Positions 1 through 10,487 of a stretch of DNA of 64,000 nucleotides are shown one piece after another. The translations under genes and the position numbers were made by a program. The notes beneath the pieces are model-generated. The model ran no database searches, was not told where the DNA came from, and saw only the letters and a program-made list of their open reading frames with translations. Origin of the DNA: the human T2T-CHM13v2.0 reference genome, Homo sapiens; NCBI RefSeq assembly GCF_009914755.1, contig NC_060947.1; one strand, written 5' to 3'. The stretch's first letter is position 1; each line of letters begins with the position of its first letter.

Positions 1-2
1 AG

Positions 3-773
3 ACAGGAGAAGTCGCAGTCTCTGTCCTGCTAGAACATATCATCCCTCGCTTTGGACTTCCCCGATCCCTGCAATCAGACAACGGCCCCGCGTTCGTCTC
101 AAAAATCACTCAGCAAGTATCCGAGTCGCTCCGCGTCACATGGAAGCTCCATATCCCTTACCGCCCTCAATCCTCTGGTAAAGTAGAAAGGGCTAACAGC
201 CTCCTCAAAGAACACCTTACAAAACTTACTCTTGAAACAAAGCTGTCGTGGGTCACCCTCCTACCATTGGCCCTGACCCGCCTCCGGGCAGCTCCCAGGG
301 GCCCCACAGGGCTCAGCCCCTTCGAACTTCTCTACGGACGCCCCTTCCTACTTCCTGGTCTTCCCCCCACTGTTTCGCCCCCTCCCCTCGCGTCCTATCT
401 TCCTTATCTGACCCTCCTTCGCGACCTTCTCCGCAAGCACGCGGACGCCTGTCTCCCCGAACCTACCCCCTCCTCCCCGGACGCCCCTGTTGTGCTCTCT
501 CCAGGTGATAGTGTCCTCCTTAAGGAACTACAGTCCAAGACCTTGACCCCGCGGTGGTCAGGCCCTTACACCGTGATCCTCACCACTCCGAGGGCCACTA
601 AGTTACTAGGTCTACCATCCTGGTATCATTTGTCACAGTTGAAGAAAGCACCGACTCAGCACGACTGGTCCTCAAAACTCACCCCAACCCGGCTTCGTAT
701 CACCCATGGCCAGACCTTCCCCACTATGCCTCCTACTCCTCCTGACCCTCCTAACCCCCATAGTGCCCAGTAA
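3..773 (+). CDS. HERV-Fc1 pol, integrase core and C-terminus (5'-partial, continues upstream of the window)
   Basis: Frame from nt 3 has no stop until 771-773. It reads IIPRFGLPRSLQSDNGPAF...HIPYRPQSSGKVERAN, with catalytic D (78-80) and E (186-188) 35 residues apart, then SPFELLYGRP and the GPY/F motif WSGPY. It overlaps env by 68 nt. Confidence 0.93.
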   Translation, partial: TGEVAVSVLLEHIIPRFGLPRSLQSDNGPAFVSKITQQVSESLRVTWKLHIPYRPQSSGKVERANSLLKEHLTKLTLETKLSWVTLLPLALTRLRAAPRGPTGLSPFELLYGRPFLLPGLPPTVSPPPLASYLPYLTLLRDLLRKHADACLPEPTPSSPDAPVVLSPGDSVLLKELQSKTLTPRWSGPYTVILTTPRATKLLGLPSWYHLSQLKKAPTQHDWSSKLTPTRLRITHGQTFPTMPPTPPDPPNPHSAQ

Positions 774-2460
774 CTCCCTCCTAACTGAACCCCCGTTCCG
801 ATGGAGGTTCTACCTGCATGAGACTTGGACCCAAGGCAACCGGCTCTCCACTGTCACACTGGCAACGGTGGACTGCCAACCTCACGGTTGTCAGGCCCAA
901 GTAACTTTTAACTTCACTTCCTTTAAAAGTGTTCTGCGGGGCTGGTCCAATCCCACCATCTGCTTTGTCTATGATCAAACACACAGCAACTGCCGCGACT
1001 ATTGGGTGGACACAAACGGAGGATGCCCCTATGCCTATTGTCGTATGCATGTGACCCAGCTCCATACCACCAAGAAACTCCAACACACCTATCGCCTGAC
1101 ATCTGATGGAAGGACAACTTACTTCCTGACCATCCCAGACCCATGGGATTCTCGGTGGGTCAGTGGAGTCACTGGTCGACTGTACCGGTGGCCCACCGAC
1201 TCCTACCCAGTTGGCAAACTCCGGATATTCCTGACTTATATACGAGTTATCCCCCAGGTTTTGTCTAATTTAAAGGACCAAGCAGACAACATTAAGCATC
1301 AGGAAGAGGTCATCAATACTTTGGTGCAGTCCCATCCGAAGGCTGACATGGTCACCTATGATGACAAGGCTGAGGCAGGACCGTTTTCATGGATAACCCT
1401 AGTCCGCCATGGGGCTCGCCTTGTTAATATGGCAGGCCTAGTTAATCTCTCCCACTGTTTCCTTTGCACCGCCCTCAGCCAACCACCACTAGTAGCTGTA
1501 CCCCTACCCCAGGCTTTTAACACCTCTGGTAACCACACTGCCCACCCTTCCGGCGTCTTCTCTGAGCAGGTCCCTCTTTTCCGAGACCCCCTCCAGCCCC
1601 AGTTCCCCTTCTGCTACACCACTCCTAACTCATCCTGGTGCAACCAGACCTATTCTGGCTCCCTATCTAACCTCTCTGCACCGGCAGGTGGCTACTTCTG
1701 GTGTAACTTCACCCTTACAAAACATCTTAATATTTCCTCTAACAATACCCTTTCTAGAAACTTATGCCTCCCCATCTCTCTGGTGCCTCGACTCACTCTG
1801 TACAGCGAGGCTGAACTCTCTTCCCTTGTCAACCCGCCTATGCGTCAGAAGCGGGCCGTTTTCCCACCGCTGGTAATAGGTGTCTCCTTGACCTCCTCAC
1901 TTGTTGCCTCCGGGCTGGGCACAGGTGCTATTGTACATTTCATAAGCTCTTCCCAAGATCTCTCTATTAAGCTCCAGATGGCCATCGAAGCCTCAGCCGA
2001 ATCCTTAGCCTCTCTACAGAGACAGATTACGTCTGTGGCCAAGGTGGCCATGCAGAACCGGAGAGCCCTAGATCTCCTCACAGCCGACAAAGGCGGAACC
2101 TGCATGTTTCTCGGGGAAGAGTGCTGTTATTACATCAATGAATCAGGCTTAGTAGAAACCAGCCTCCTCACCCTTGATAAAATCCGGGACGGTCTCCATC
2201 GACCCTCCTCAACTCCCAACTATGGAGGAGGGTGGTGGCAATCCCCTTTAACCACTTGGATTATCCCTTTCATAAGCCCCATCCTAATCATTTGCCTTTT
2301 ACTTCTCATAGCCCCCTGTGTCCTCAAGTTCATCAAAAACCGCATCAGCGAAGTCTCCCGGGTGACGGTCAACCAAATGTTACTACACCCTTACTCCCGT
2401 CTTCCGACCTCCGAAGACCACTATGACGACGCCCTCACTCAGCAGGAAGCAGCCAGATGA
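706..2460 (+). CDS. ERVFC1: HERV-Fc1 envelope glycoprotein, 584 aa, intact ORF
   Basis: Hydrophobic signal peptide, CXXC (CFLC aa251-254), furin site RQKR (aa380-383), fusion peptide AVFPPLVIGVSL, ISD MQNRRALDLLTADKGGT (from aa449), CX6CC (aa466-474), TM helix WIIPFISPILIICLLLLIAPCVL and a YSRL tail motif. Sequence recognised as EnvF(c)1. Confidence 0.95.
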   Translation: MARPSPLCLLLLLTLLTPIVPSNSLLTEPPFRWRFYLHETWTQGNRLSTVTLATVDCQPHGCQAQVTFNFTSFKSVLRGWSNPTICFVYDQTHSNCRDYWVDTNGGCPYAYCRMHVTQLHTTKKLQHTYRLTSDGRTTYFLTIPDPWDSRWVSGVTGRLYRWPTDSYPVGKLRIFLTYIRVIPQVLSNLKDQADNIKHQEEVINTLVQSHPKADMVTYDDKAEAGPFSWITLVRHGARLVNMAGLVNLSHCFLCTALSQPPLVAVPLPQAFNTSGNHTAHPSGVFSEQVPLFRDPLQPQFPFCYTTPNSSWCNQTYSGSLSNLSAPAGGYFWCNFTLTKHLNISSNNTLSRNLCLPISLVPRLTLYSEAELSSLVNPPMRQKRAVFPPLVIGVSLTSSLVASGLGTGAIVHFISSSQDLSIKLQMAIEASAESLASLQRQITSVAKVAMQNRRALDLLTADKGGTCMFLGEECCYYINESGLVETSLLTLDKIRDGLHRPSSTPNYGGGWWQSPLTTWIIPFISPILIICLLLLIAPCVLKFIKNRISEVSRVTVNQMLLHPYSRLPTSEDHYDDALTQQEAAR

Positions 2461-2510
2461 TTACGTCGCCCCTTTTTCTTACAGTATGAGGTCGGAATGT
2501 TAGGCAGGTC

Positions 2511-2705
2511 ACCCAAGATGGCTGTTCCCCCAGGACCCAAGATGGCGGCACGAACCCCTTCTTCCCCGCCCCCCCCACCGCTTGGAGTCTCCCACCAGAT
2601 TTTCCCGCCCGACGGGCACTTTCCGATGACAGCAGCCCCGAGAAGTCGAAACCTATCCCAGAAAACCGAAACTTACTAAGCCCCTCCCCACACGCTCTAT
2701 AAAAA
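2511..2705 (+). promoter_or_regulatory. LTR U3 promoter: two YY1-type motifs, GC box, E2F-like site, TATA box
   Basis: ACCCAAGATGGC at 2511-2522 and 2535-2546 (the second extends to CAAGATGGCGGC), CCCCGCCCC 2564-2572, TTTCCCGC 2601-2608, TATAAAAA 2698-2705. Confidence 0.65.
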
Positions 2706-2783
2706 CCCTCTACTGCCCCAGTCGGGTGCGACTTCCCTGGCCCTCCTTGTTAGGACCAGTGAACCTCGCCCGAGAGCTCCATT

Positions 2784-2789
2784 AATAAA
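2784..2789 (+). terminator. Proviral polyadenylation signal in the LTR R region
   Basis: AATAAA ~85 nt downstream of the TATA box within the 3' LTR. Confidence 0.75.
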
Positions 2790-2964
2790 GCAGGTCGCCT
2801 CTGACCATTAGTTACCTAAATTCTGTGCGGCACTTCTCATTGGATACCTGTCTTCCCAAGCCGGACAAAAATGAATAAAACAAAATTTGTTTTCGAATGG
2901 TTTAGTTGCCAAGGCAACACTAGTTCCAGAAACTCAGAATGCCCCTTTGTATGATTATGTGCAA

Positions 2965-3110
2965 GTACATACCTCCGTTGAGCCTCAGTTTACTCATTTG
3001 TGATATGGAATAAAAGCACCTATTTTACAAGGTTGCTGAGAGGATTCGATAAGACCAAGTGCGTCAAAGTGGCTGGCACAATGCTCAGCATATTGATGAG
3101 TTCAGTAAAC
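2965..3110 (+). mobile_element. MIR SINE fragment
   Basis: GAGCCTCAGTTTACTCATTTGTGATATGG...GGTTGCTGAGAGGATT matches the MIR core. Confidence 0.75.
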
Positions 3111-4114
3111 ACCGAGTCTACAACTGAATAATAGGTCAATAATCTGTATTTCACATGAGCATCAATAAACTAGAAGATTTGTATATTCTATTATTTAGAT
3201 AGTGAGGGAAATCTGTTCTTCAAACATAAACAAGGTAGGTTCCAACATGGGGTATAGCGAGGCTACTCTTACTCTGTGTCTTGAGACTTTGTGGAATGTG
3301 AAGATTTGGAAGGGCGTGGCCAGACAAGCTAAGATTAATCCAAGCACCTACTTCACCAGCAGACACCAGAGCCCACGACCTCCCTCATATGAGTGCAAAG
3401 ACAGAGTAGTACAACAACACATGGTTTGCTCATTCCTTGTTAAAATGGAAAATGTCAACTAAAAATAATTTTCTTTAAATACTACCATTAACAAAACCCA
3501 AGAGTTTTGAGCAAACAGATGTTTAAAAAGAAACTTATTTTCTAAAGTGTAACTGGGACAATGTAACCAGCCAAATTGCTATATATTCAGTTGCCAAGAC
3601 ACTGATATTGGCAAGTTCTATATTGCTCTCTATTGGTAGATGGAAGAAACTCCAGATAATGAATGAAGAGCAAATGGCACTTCTGAACTAGAGCAGAGTG
3701 GTTTCCTTAGTCATTTAACAAATATTTATAGAGCATGTAAATATTTGGAATGCTCTGGTAGGCACTAATGGCAATGGGATTAGGACCCCTGCCCTCAAGG
3801 AATTTCACATGAGAAAGGTGAATTAAAGTAGATTAGCTATCAAGAAACCTCAGTTCCATTTAATGTTCTGTTTAAGAGTGACTTGCATATGTCACACAAC
3901 AACGCAGTGCCTTGGTTTCTCAATTTTTAAAATATGGAAAACTATATTGCTTTTCTTGAGGACTAAATATATGAAGAATTTGAAATTGTTTCAAGCTTTT
4001 GCTGGAAAAAGCTTTTTTTGGAAAATACTGAGATTTTTTTTCCAGGCAATATTATAAGAAAATGCAGTATTTTCCTTTATCCTTGTTTCTTCCTTGAGAA
4101 GTCTTAGAAATTAC

Positions 4115-4124
4115 CAACAACAGC

Positions 4125-4159
<35 letters not shown>
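4115..4159 (+). repeat. (CAA)n microsatellite
   Basis: About 15 units with one CAG interruption. Confidence 0.95.
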
Positions 4160-4759
4160 ATGCTCCAATTTTTAAATCGGTTAATCTTCATTTGAAGGGT
4201 TTTTTCTTCTCTTTATTTTTTCATTTTACAGTCTGTTCATCTTTAGCCCTCATGTGTATATTTAAATACATCATTGTGGAATTGCAAATGTGTAGTTTGT
4301 TTATTTCTCTTTGCTCCCAAATTGCTCCCCAATCCAGTTTATTTTTCAAAAGCAATTTAAAGGTGCATCTTTCAGTGGGTTAATCTAGGCAATCTGTTTG
4401 TTGGTTCTGTTCTCTCAACTGTTGAGTAATAGTTATTGGATTATTCAAAAGGGAGAGAGTTGGCTTATTTCAAATAACATGGGCAAGATTCTCGTTTCAC
4501 ATGGTTGTGCCAGTGCACCTGACAACCCACCAGCAACACATTCCTTTCTCCATACTCTGGCATCTCTTGGCTACCCTCCACTGAGCCAGGTCCAACAGAC
4601 TTCATTGATGACTCAGTGAAGAACATAAACATATATTTGGCTAAAAACAGGGGTGAAATTCATCTTTTAAAATTTTAAGTAAGGTCCAAATTGTAGTTTA
4701 CAAAAATAAAAGTCTAATATTTTAGTTCATGTATTCATAATTCCATATGGTGGCCAACA

Positions 4760-5060
4760 GGTCCAACATACTGTGACTTCCACCTCCCTGACTGTCCTTA
4801 ACTTGGATTACTCTCTCGCTTGCCCATTACGCTTAAGTCACACTGTCTTTCTGTTTCTGGAACACACCAAGCTCATTTCCTCTCCAGGGCCTTTGCTCAT
4901 TACACTTGTTCCCTTTTCCTGGAATGGTCTCCTCTTCTTCCTCAAATTACCCCCTATGCCCCATTATCAATTTAACACCTACTTATCCTACAGCTCTTAG
5001 CCCAAACGTCATTTTCTCTGGAAGGACTTTCCTGACTTTCCAGATCAAGTTCTCCTCTTA
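4760..5060 (+). mobile_element. L2 LINE fragment
   Basis: CTGGAACACACCAAGCTCATTTCC...AGGGCCTTTGC...TTCCTGGAATG, typical of the L2 3' region. Confidence 0.65.
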
Positions 5061-5127
5061 CATTTTTATGAACTGGAAGAAAGCCAGTGTAGCTTCAGCA
5101 TATGATACAAGAGTGGCAGTGGTGCAA

Positions 5128-5470
5128 ATACCTGACACTGGGTGATTTATAAAGAAAAGAGGCTTAACTGACTCACAGTTCAGCATGGCTGGGGAGGCAT
5201 CAGGAAGCTTACAATCATGGTGGAAGGCACCTCTTCACGGGGTGGCAGGAGAGAGAATGAGAATTGAGTGAAGGGGGAAACCTTTTATAAAACCATCAGA
5301 TCTCATGACAACTCACTCACTATCATGAGAACTCACTCAGTATCATGAGAACAGTTTGGGGGAAACTGCCTCCTTGATTCAATTATCTCCACCTGGTCCT
5401 GCACTTGACACGTGGGGATTATTACAGTTAAAGGTGAAAATGGGTGGGGACACAGAGACAAACCATATCA
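5128..5470 (-). mobile_element. THE1-type (probably THE1D) MaLR solo LTR, left end truncated
   Basis: GATTTATAAAGAAAAGAGG...CTTACAATCATGG...AAAACCATCAGATCTC...AAACCATATCA. Confidence 0.85.
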
Positions 5471-5860
5471 GAGAGATAGGCAGGAGACAGACCAAGCAGG
5501 GCCTTGTAGAACTAGGTGACACTTTAGTTAGTAATAGTGTAGGAACAGTGGAAAGCCATTCAAGAGAGTGATCATATTTGTGTTTTGAAAAGGTCACTGT
5601 GTCTACTCTATGGAGAATCTGCTTAAATATGGGAAATGGGGGGTACAAAAGGAAACCAGTTAGGAGGCCATTTGCGGTAGTCTAGGGAGGAGAAAATGGA
5701 GACTTGGACCAGGGTGGTGACCATGGAGGTAGGGTGAAGTTAGTAAATGCCAGACATATTCACAAAGTAAATTAATAAATCTTAATGGATTAGATTTGGA
5801 GAGTGAAGGAGAAGGTGGTGTCCAAGATGATACCCTGTCCTGGGTTGGGCAGTTAGATGG
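5471..5860 (-). mobile_element. L2 fragment
   Basis: AAAAGGTCACTGTGTCTACT...CCAGTTAGGAGGC...TTGGACCAGGGTGGTG, the antisense L2 signature. Confidence 0.65.
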
Positions 5861-8800
5861 ATGGTAGAAGAGTAGCTCTTAAAGGTATGTGACCGTGTGT
5901 GGTGGGGGTAGGGTGGGAAGTTGGAGAGGACAGTGGTAATGCTGTGGGCTGGCTCTAGATTTTAGTTTTAAACTAAAGTTTGTAAAGTGCTTAGTAGAAT
6001 GCTTTATTATACTATTACGGCGTCATAATAATTATAGCTTATACTTACTGAACATGTACTTGTGCCAGGCACTGTTTTACATGCTGCACATATATTAAGT
6101 CACTTAGACATCAATAAATGATAATGTTTATGATTCCATAATTATCATTATCATTATTGCAATATATAGTGCCTGTCTTTCTGGACAGAGTTAGTTAACA
6201 CAAGCAATTTCTTTCTAGCCAATTCTCCTTTTTATAGACTTCATGCAGGCAACTACCACAGAGTATAGGCACATTCTTCAGATAAGTTAACAATGCAATT
6301 GATGAGATTATACCTTTATTTAGATCTTTTCTAACCCTGAGGGACCGGGCATTTCCCAGGTGTGTAACTCATCTAAAAGTCTGTACTCAGAGTGGGCTAT
6401 TTTAGTCTGACTGTTGGTTTCTATTATCTTCATTCTTATAAAGTGATTATATCTGACATTACCCTGAAATAATTTTTTGTGGCTATTTACTAAAGCCACA
6501 TATGTACTGACTAGAGTATTCTTGCCCAATCTAGGACAAAGAGCTTGATGGGGTTAAAAATTAAATCTCAACTTTTTGGAAAATCCACTCAACTGAGACC
6601 AAACTGGCAGTATTTTTATTTTATTTTATTTTTTTAAATTCAGTTTTATAAACTGAAGGCAGAAAGCCTCTTAGAGCTGTCCTCTGACCTACATGCTGAG
6701 AAGTCAGGGGCATCAAAATGCTTATGTATAGCTCATTTGGGGGGAACTTGCAAACTAGCTGGACTAGTTTATTCTGATGAAATTATCAAGGTCTGAGAAG
6801 TTTACACAGGTATTCTGGAAATTGATTCAAATTGGCAGGTTACATGTTGATATCGCTTTAAATCATTAGCACTGCCTTTGCTTTATTTGGGAATAGATCT
6901 GTATTTGTCTGTTAAGAAAGGAATTAAAAAAGAGACAATGTTGTTTTTATTGTGCAAGATAACATCGTCATCAGCTATTCATTGCACTGAACAAGCAACA
7001 GTGTGTCTTCCTCTTTCACCTCGATTTTAGGTGGAAACACTTAGGCAAACAAACAAACAAACAAAAAGTGGCATTAGAGATGGTCTTCCAATTTTCTTGG
7101 AGACATTAAACATGGAAGCATAAATTACCGTAAAGGCTTGTGACCACTTCATTTGGTTTCAAAATCTATTGATGTGATCCCAGAACTTTAAATGTTGTCA
7201 AGGGTAAGGAAACAGAAAAGTAGGCATGACTAAAATAACTAACACACTGAAGTGATAAGTGAGATTTGAGATGCAGTACAGTCCATGGAGTTCAGCTCAG
7301 GCTCACTAGGCACATTCACCCCCCGTTTATAAAACAATCAGGAAAAACCTCCTGTAAATGAGGGACTGCCAAAGAAGACACTTGTTGGGATTTCTATGCA
7401 AGGAAAGCTCCTCGATTCACAGAGGAGAAGATGATACAGGAGGCTGAGTAACTATAGCTGCCAAAAAACAGGATAAATAGCAAGTCACAATTGGACTCTT
7501 TGCAACATACAGCAACAGGAAAAGCTGCCTTATTCTCTTCCTGATGGCAGTGGCACCTTGGAGCTACTCACTCCACCAGGGGAGAAAGCTGATGGAGCCC
7601 AAGAGGCAGCCTGTGCCCTTGCTCTTAAGTTGATTTGCCCAGCCAGGCAAATGCACGTGGGAGGTTTGACTTTGTCGTTCACACTGGTCCAGATGGTGCT
7701 GTCCAAAACCAGAATCTCTGGGCCATTGGAGCAGCATGGAGAAGCTTTCAGCTCCCCCTGAATCAAATTCTGGCTCTTGCAGCAGGCAAGTCATGGAAGA
7801 GTGCCAAACTTTCCAGCCAAAAAGCTCCTGAATTCTCTTTCTTTCTTACTTTCATCCAAGTCTTCCTTTGAAATATTAGAGTTGTAAAATGTGAGTTTTA
7901 AAAAAGAAGCTTCTTTTCATTTTAAAGACTATTTCTGATGCCTTGAATCATGACATCACCAGAAATTAAGTCTTAAAATAAAGGAAGCTCTTAATTTACA
8001 TTTTCCTTCAAACTGCAGTTGATTTAGAAATAAATGCCTGTGCTGGAAATGCAGAGTACAGCTTGTAAATGATTTTTTTAACTGATAAGCTCATCATAAT
8101 TTTATATGGCTTGCCAACTGGTACTAGCTGAGCCCTGTCACTGGAACAGGGTTTACAAGTGACCCTTTCATACCATACCATAAGGGTTTTAATTCACAAC
8201 TTGCAGAACTGCCTTCGCCTCCCTTTTGATCCTGTGTACTTTGTATTATGTCTGGATGATCATCTCTACCAGACAATAAGCTCCTTTGAGGGCAGGGGCT
8301 GTGCCTTAGTCATTTTTGTATCTCTCTACTCTCCCTCCTCCCAACCCAGCCTAGTGCTTTGCAGAGTAAATACTTTAAAATGTTTGCCAAATATAGGCAA
8401 CATTTTATTCTAGTCACTTATGTCACCCTGTACGGCAACTTGATGTTTTTTTATTTTTTAATCTCGCATCACAAGCTAAGAGAGTTAGGTGGTTTTCTGT
8501 AGTGCAGCCCAAAGCGATATCTCAGAAACAGAGTCCTGTAAATCAGATAGAGAAGGGATAGAAAAAGTGCTATCAGGTGGTTCAGGCTGGTGCCTAATTT
8601 TCATTAAGTTCATTGCCACATTCTCTTGACAACTTTAAGGTCTGGGCTTCTGAGGAAAGACCCATTTTCTTGTTTGGGAAGAGAAATTATCACTACTATT
8701 ATTTCACTTGTCAAAATTAAGTAAAATATTTATCACTTTTGTGAACATCACCATTATGCAGAGAACCTCCATGAGCCATACAGGCTTTTCTTTAGCCCAG

Positions 8801-9029
8801 ATTCAGGTGTCACCTCTTTGAAGAAGCCTTCTGTGATTGTTCTGGCCTGTGTTTATTTGTCTCTTCTGTAACCATTTATAGCACTGTACAGCATACTTTG
8901 GAATTTAATAGACTACCAATATTGCAAGCTCTTGAGGGCAGAGCTGTCTACTTTTTTCATTCCCTCAACATCTCCTAACATGGGGATAGATTCTATAGTA
9001 GCCAATACTTCATGCATACGACTCTGGAA

Positions 9030-9540
9030 TCTATTATTCTCAGCCTACCATCTCTATCATGCACTAGTCCTCCTGATAGTTCCATTTGGATGACCTCACA
9101 TTATTTCCAATCCAACATACTTACAATGAACTCATACATTTCCTTAAAACTAGCTTCTCAATTCCTTAGTTTCTTTGAGCCACCTAGGCCTTAAACATCA
9201 CTGTAACCTTTGACTCTCCTCCCCCTTCCTTTTTCTTCACATCTAATCATATCTCTAGAATGCTTGCCTCTCAATTTTTTTCTTCCCATTTCTACCTGCT
9301 GCCAACTCCCTAATCCATCCTTTATCATCTCACACTTAGACTACTGCAGTAATCTAATCTTAAGTCTCAACTTTACACCCTGAAATCACCTCTTCGCCAC
9401 TAGATTTATTTTCCTAAAACTCTGCAAGAATATATTTTTCTTGCTCAGAATTTTGCTTGTAATTGTTCCTCAAGTGGCTTGTCACTACCTTCAAAGTTGA
9501 AGGCCAAACTCCTTGGCTTGGCTTCAAGGATATTCTACAT
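9030..9540 (+). mobile_element. L2 fragment
   Basis: CCTTTGACTCTCCTCC...ATCATCTCACACTTAGACTACTGCAGTA. Confidence 0.6.
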
Positions 9541-9605
9541 ATAGCCTGAAACAAACAACTTTTCTTTTCTTTTCTTTTTTTTCTTTTCTTCCTGTCTCTT
9601 TCTCC

Positions 9606-9662
9606 TTCCTTCCTTCCTTCCTTCCTTCCTTCCTTCCTTCCTTCCTTCCTTCCTTCCTTCCT
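9606..9662 (+). repeat. (TTCC)n tetranucleotide repeat in an expanded pyrimidine-rich Alu tail
   Basis: Direct reading; adjoins the poly-T of an antisense Alu. Confidence 0.95.
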
Positions 9663-9684
9663 CTCTCTCTCTTTCTTTCTTTTC

Positions 9685-9987
9685 CTTTTTTTTTTTTTTT
9701 TTAACCACAAAGTCTCACTTTGTTGCCCAGGCTGGAGTGCAATGGCGTGATCCCAGCTCACTGCAACCTCCACCTCCCAGAGCTCAAGGGATCTTCCCAC
9801 CTCAGCCTCCTGAGTAGCTGGGACCCCAGGCGCATGCCACCATGCCCAGCTAATTTTCATGTTTTTTGGTAGAGACAGGATTTCGCCACGATGGCTAGGC
9901 TGGTCTCGAACTCCTGACCTCAGGTGATCCACCTGCCTTGTCCTCCCAAAGTGCTGGGATTACAGGTGTGAGCCACTGCGCCCAGCC
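9685..9987 (-). mobile_element. Alu (older J/S type)
   Basis: Poly-T followed by GTCTCACTTTGTTGCCCAGGCTGGAGTGC...GAGCCACTGCGCCCAGCC. Confidence 0.95.
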
Positions 9988-10487
9988 CAATATTTCTAAA
10001 TATATCTCATGATTCCCTGGTAAGAACCAAATGAATCTAATTAATGTTCTAAAATATGCTCTGCATATTCCCTTGATTATACTTTTGTTTCTGTTGTTTA
10101 TTCTGTTAGGAATGTTATTCATCTTCCTCTGCCAATATAATTATCTGTTCTTTTAGATGCAACTCCAGAGTTAAACACAATCCTTGGCACAATAATGATC
10201 TACTGAATGAATGTGTAGACTCAAGTCCCACTTCATCTAGAAATCATTCCTACTCACTTGAGCCCATAATGATTTTTTTTTTTCCTTTTAGGGTTTATGT
10301 TACATGATTATCTCCACTAATAATTTGGCACTTGGCAAATTTCCCTCCTATTGTTTAATTTGAATATGTCTTTCTAGCCAACTGTATACTAAACTCCTTT
10401 TGGTTAAGTATTCTATCTTTTACATTTTATACCTCTCACTTAGCCAGTTGCAGAATCTCATGTGTAGTCAGCTGACAATATACATGT

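Larger units (their letters stand above)
2498..2867 (+). mobile_element. HERV-Fc1 3' LTR (370 bp)
   Basis: TG...CA termini (TGTTAGG...CCGGACA) 37 nt after the env stop. It follows a purine-rich tract (2483-2497) and contains TATAAAAA 2698-2705 and AATAAA 2784-2789. GC/CpG content drops abruptly after 2867. Presumed TSD is AAAAT 2868-2872. Confidence 0.88.

Noticed and set aside
248-2679. Alternative-frame and antisense ORFs across pol, env and LTR (60-101 aa)
   Set aside because: They are shadow ORFs of GC-rich coding sequence with no recognisable motifs, and many lack a true ATG start.
9414-9932. 172-aa minus-strand ORF with KEGR repeats
   Set aside because: It is a translation of an Alu plus the (GGAA)n microsatellite.
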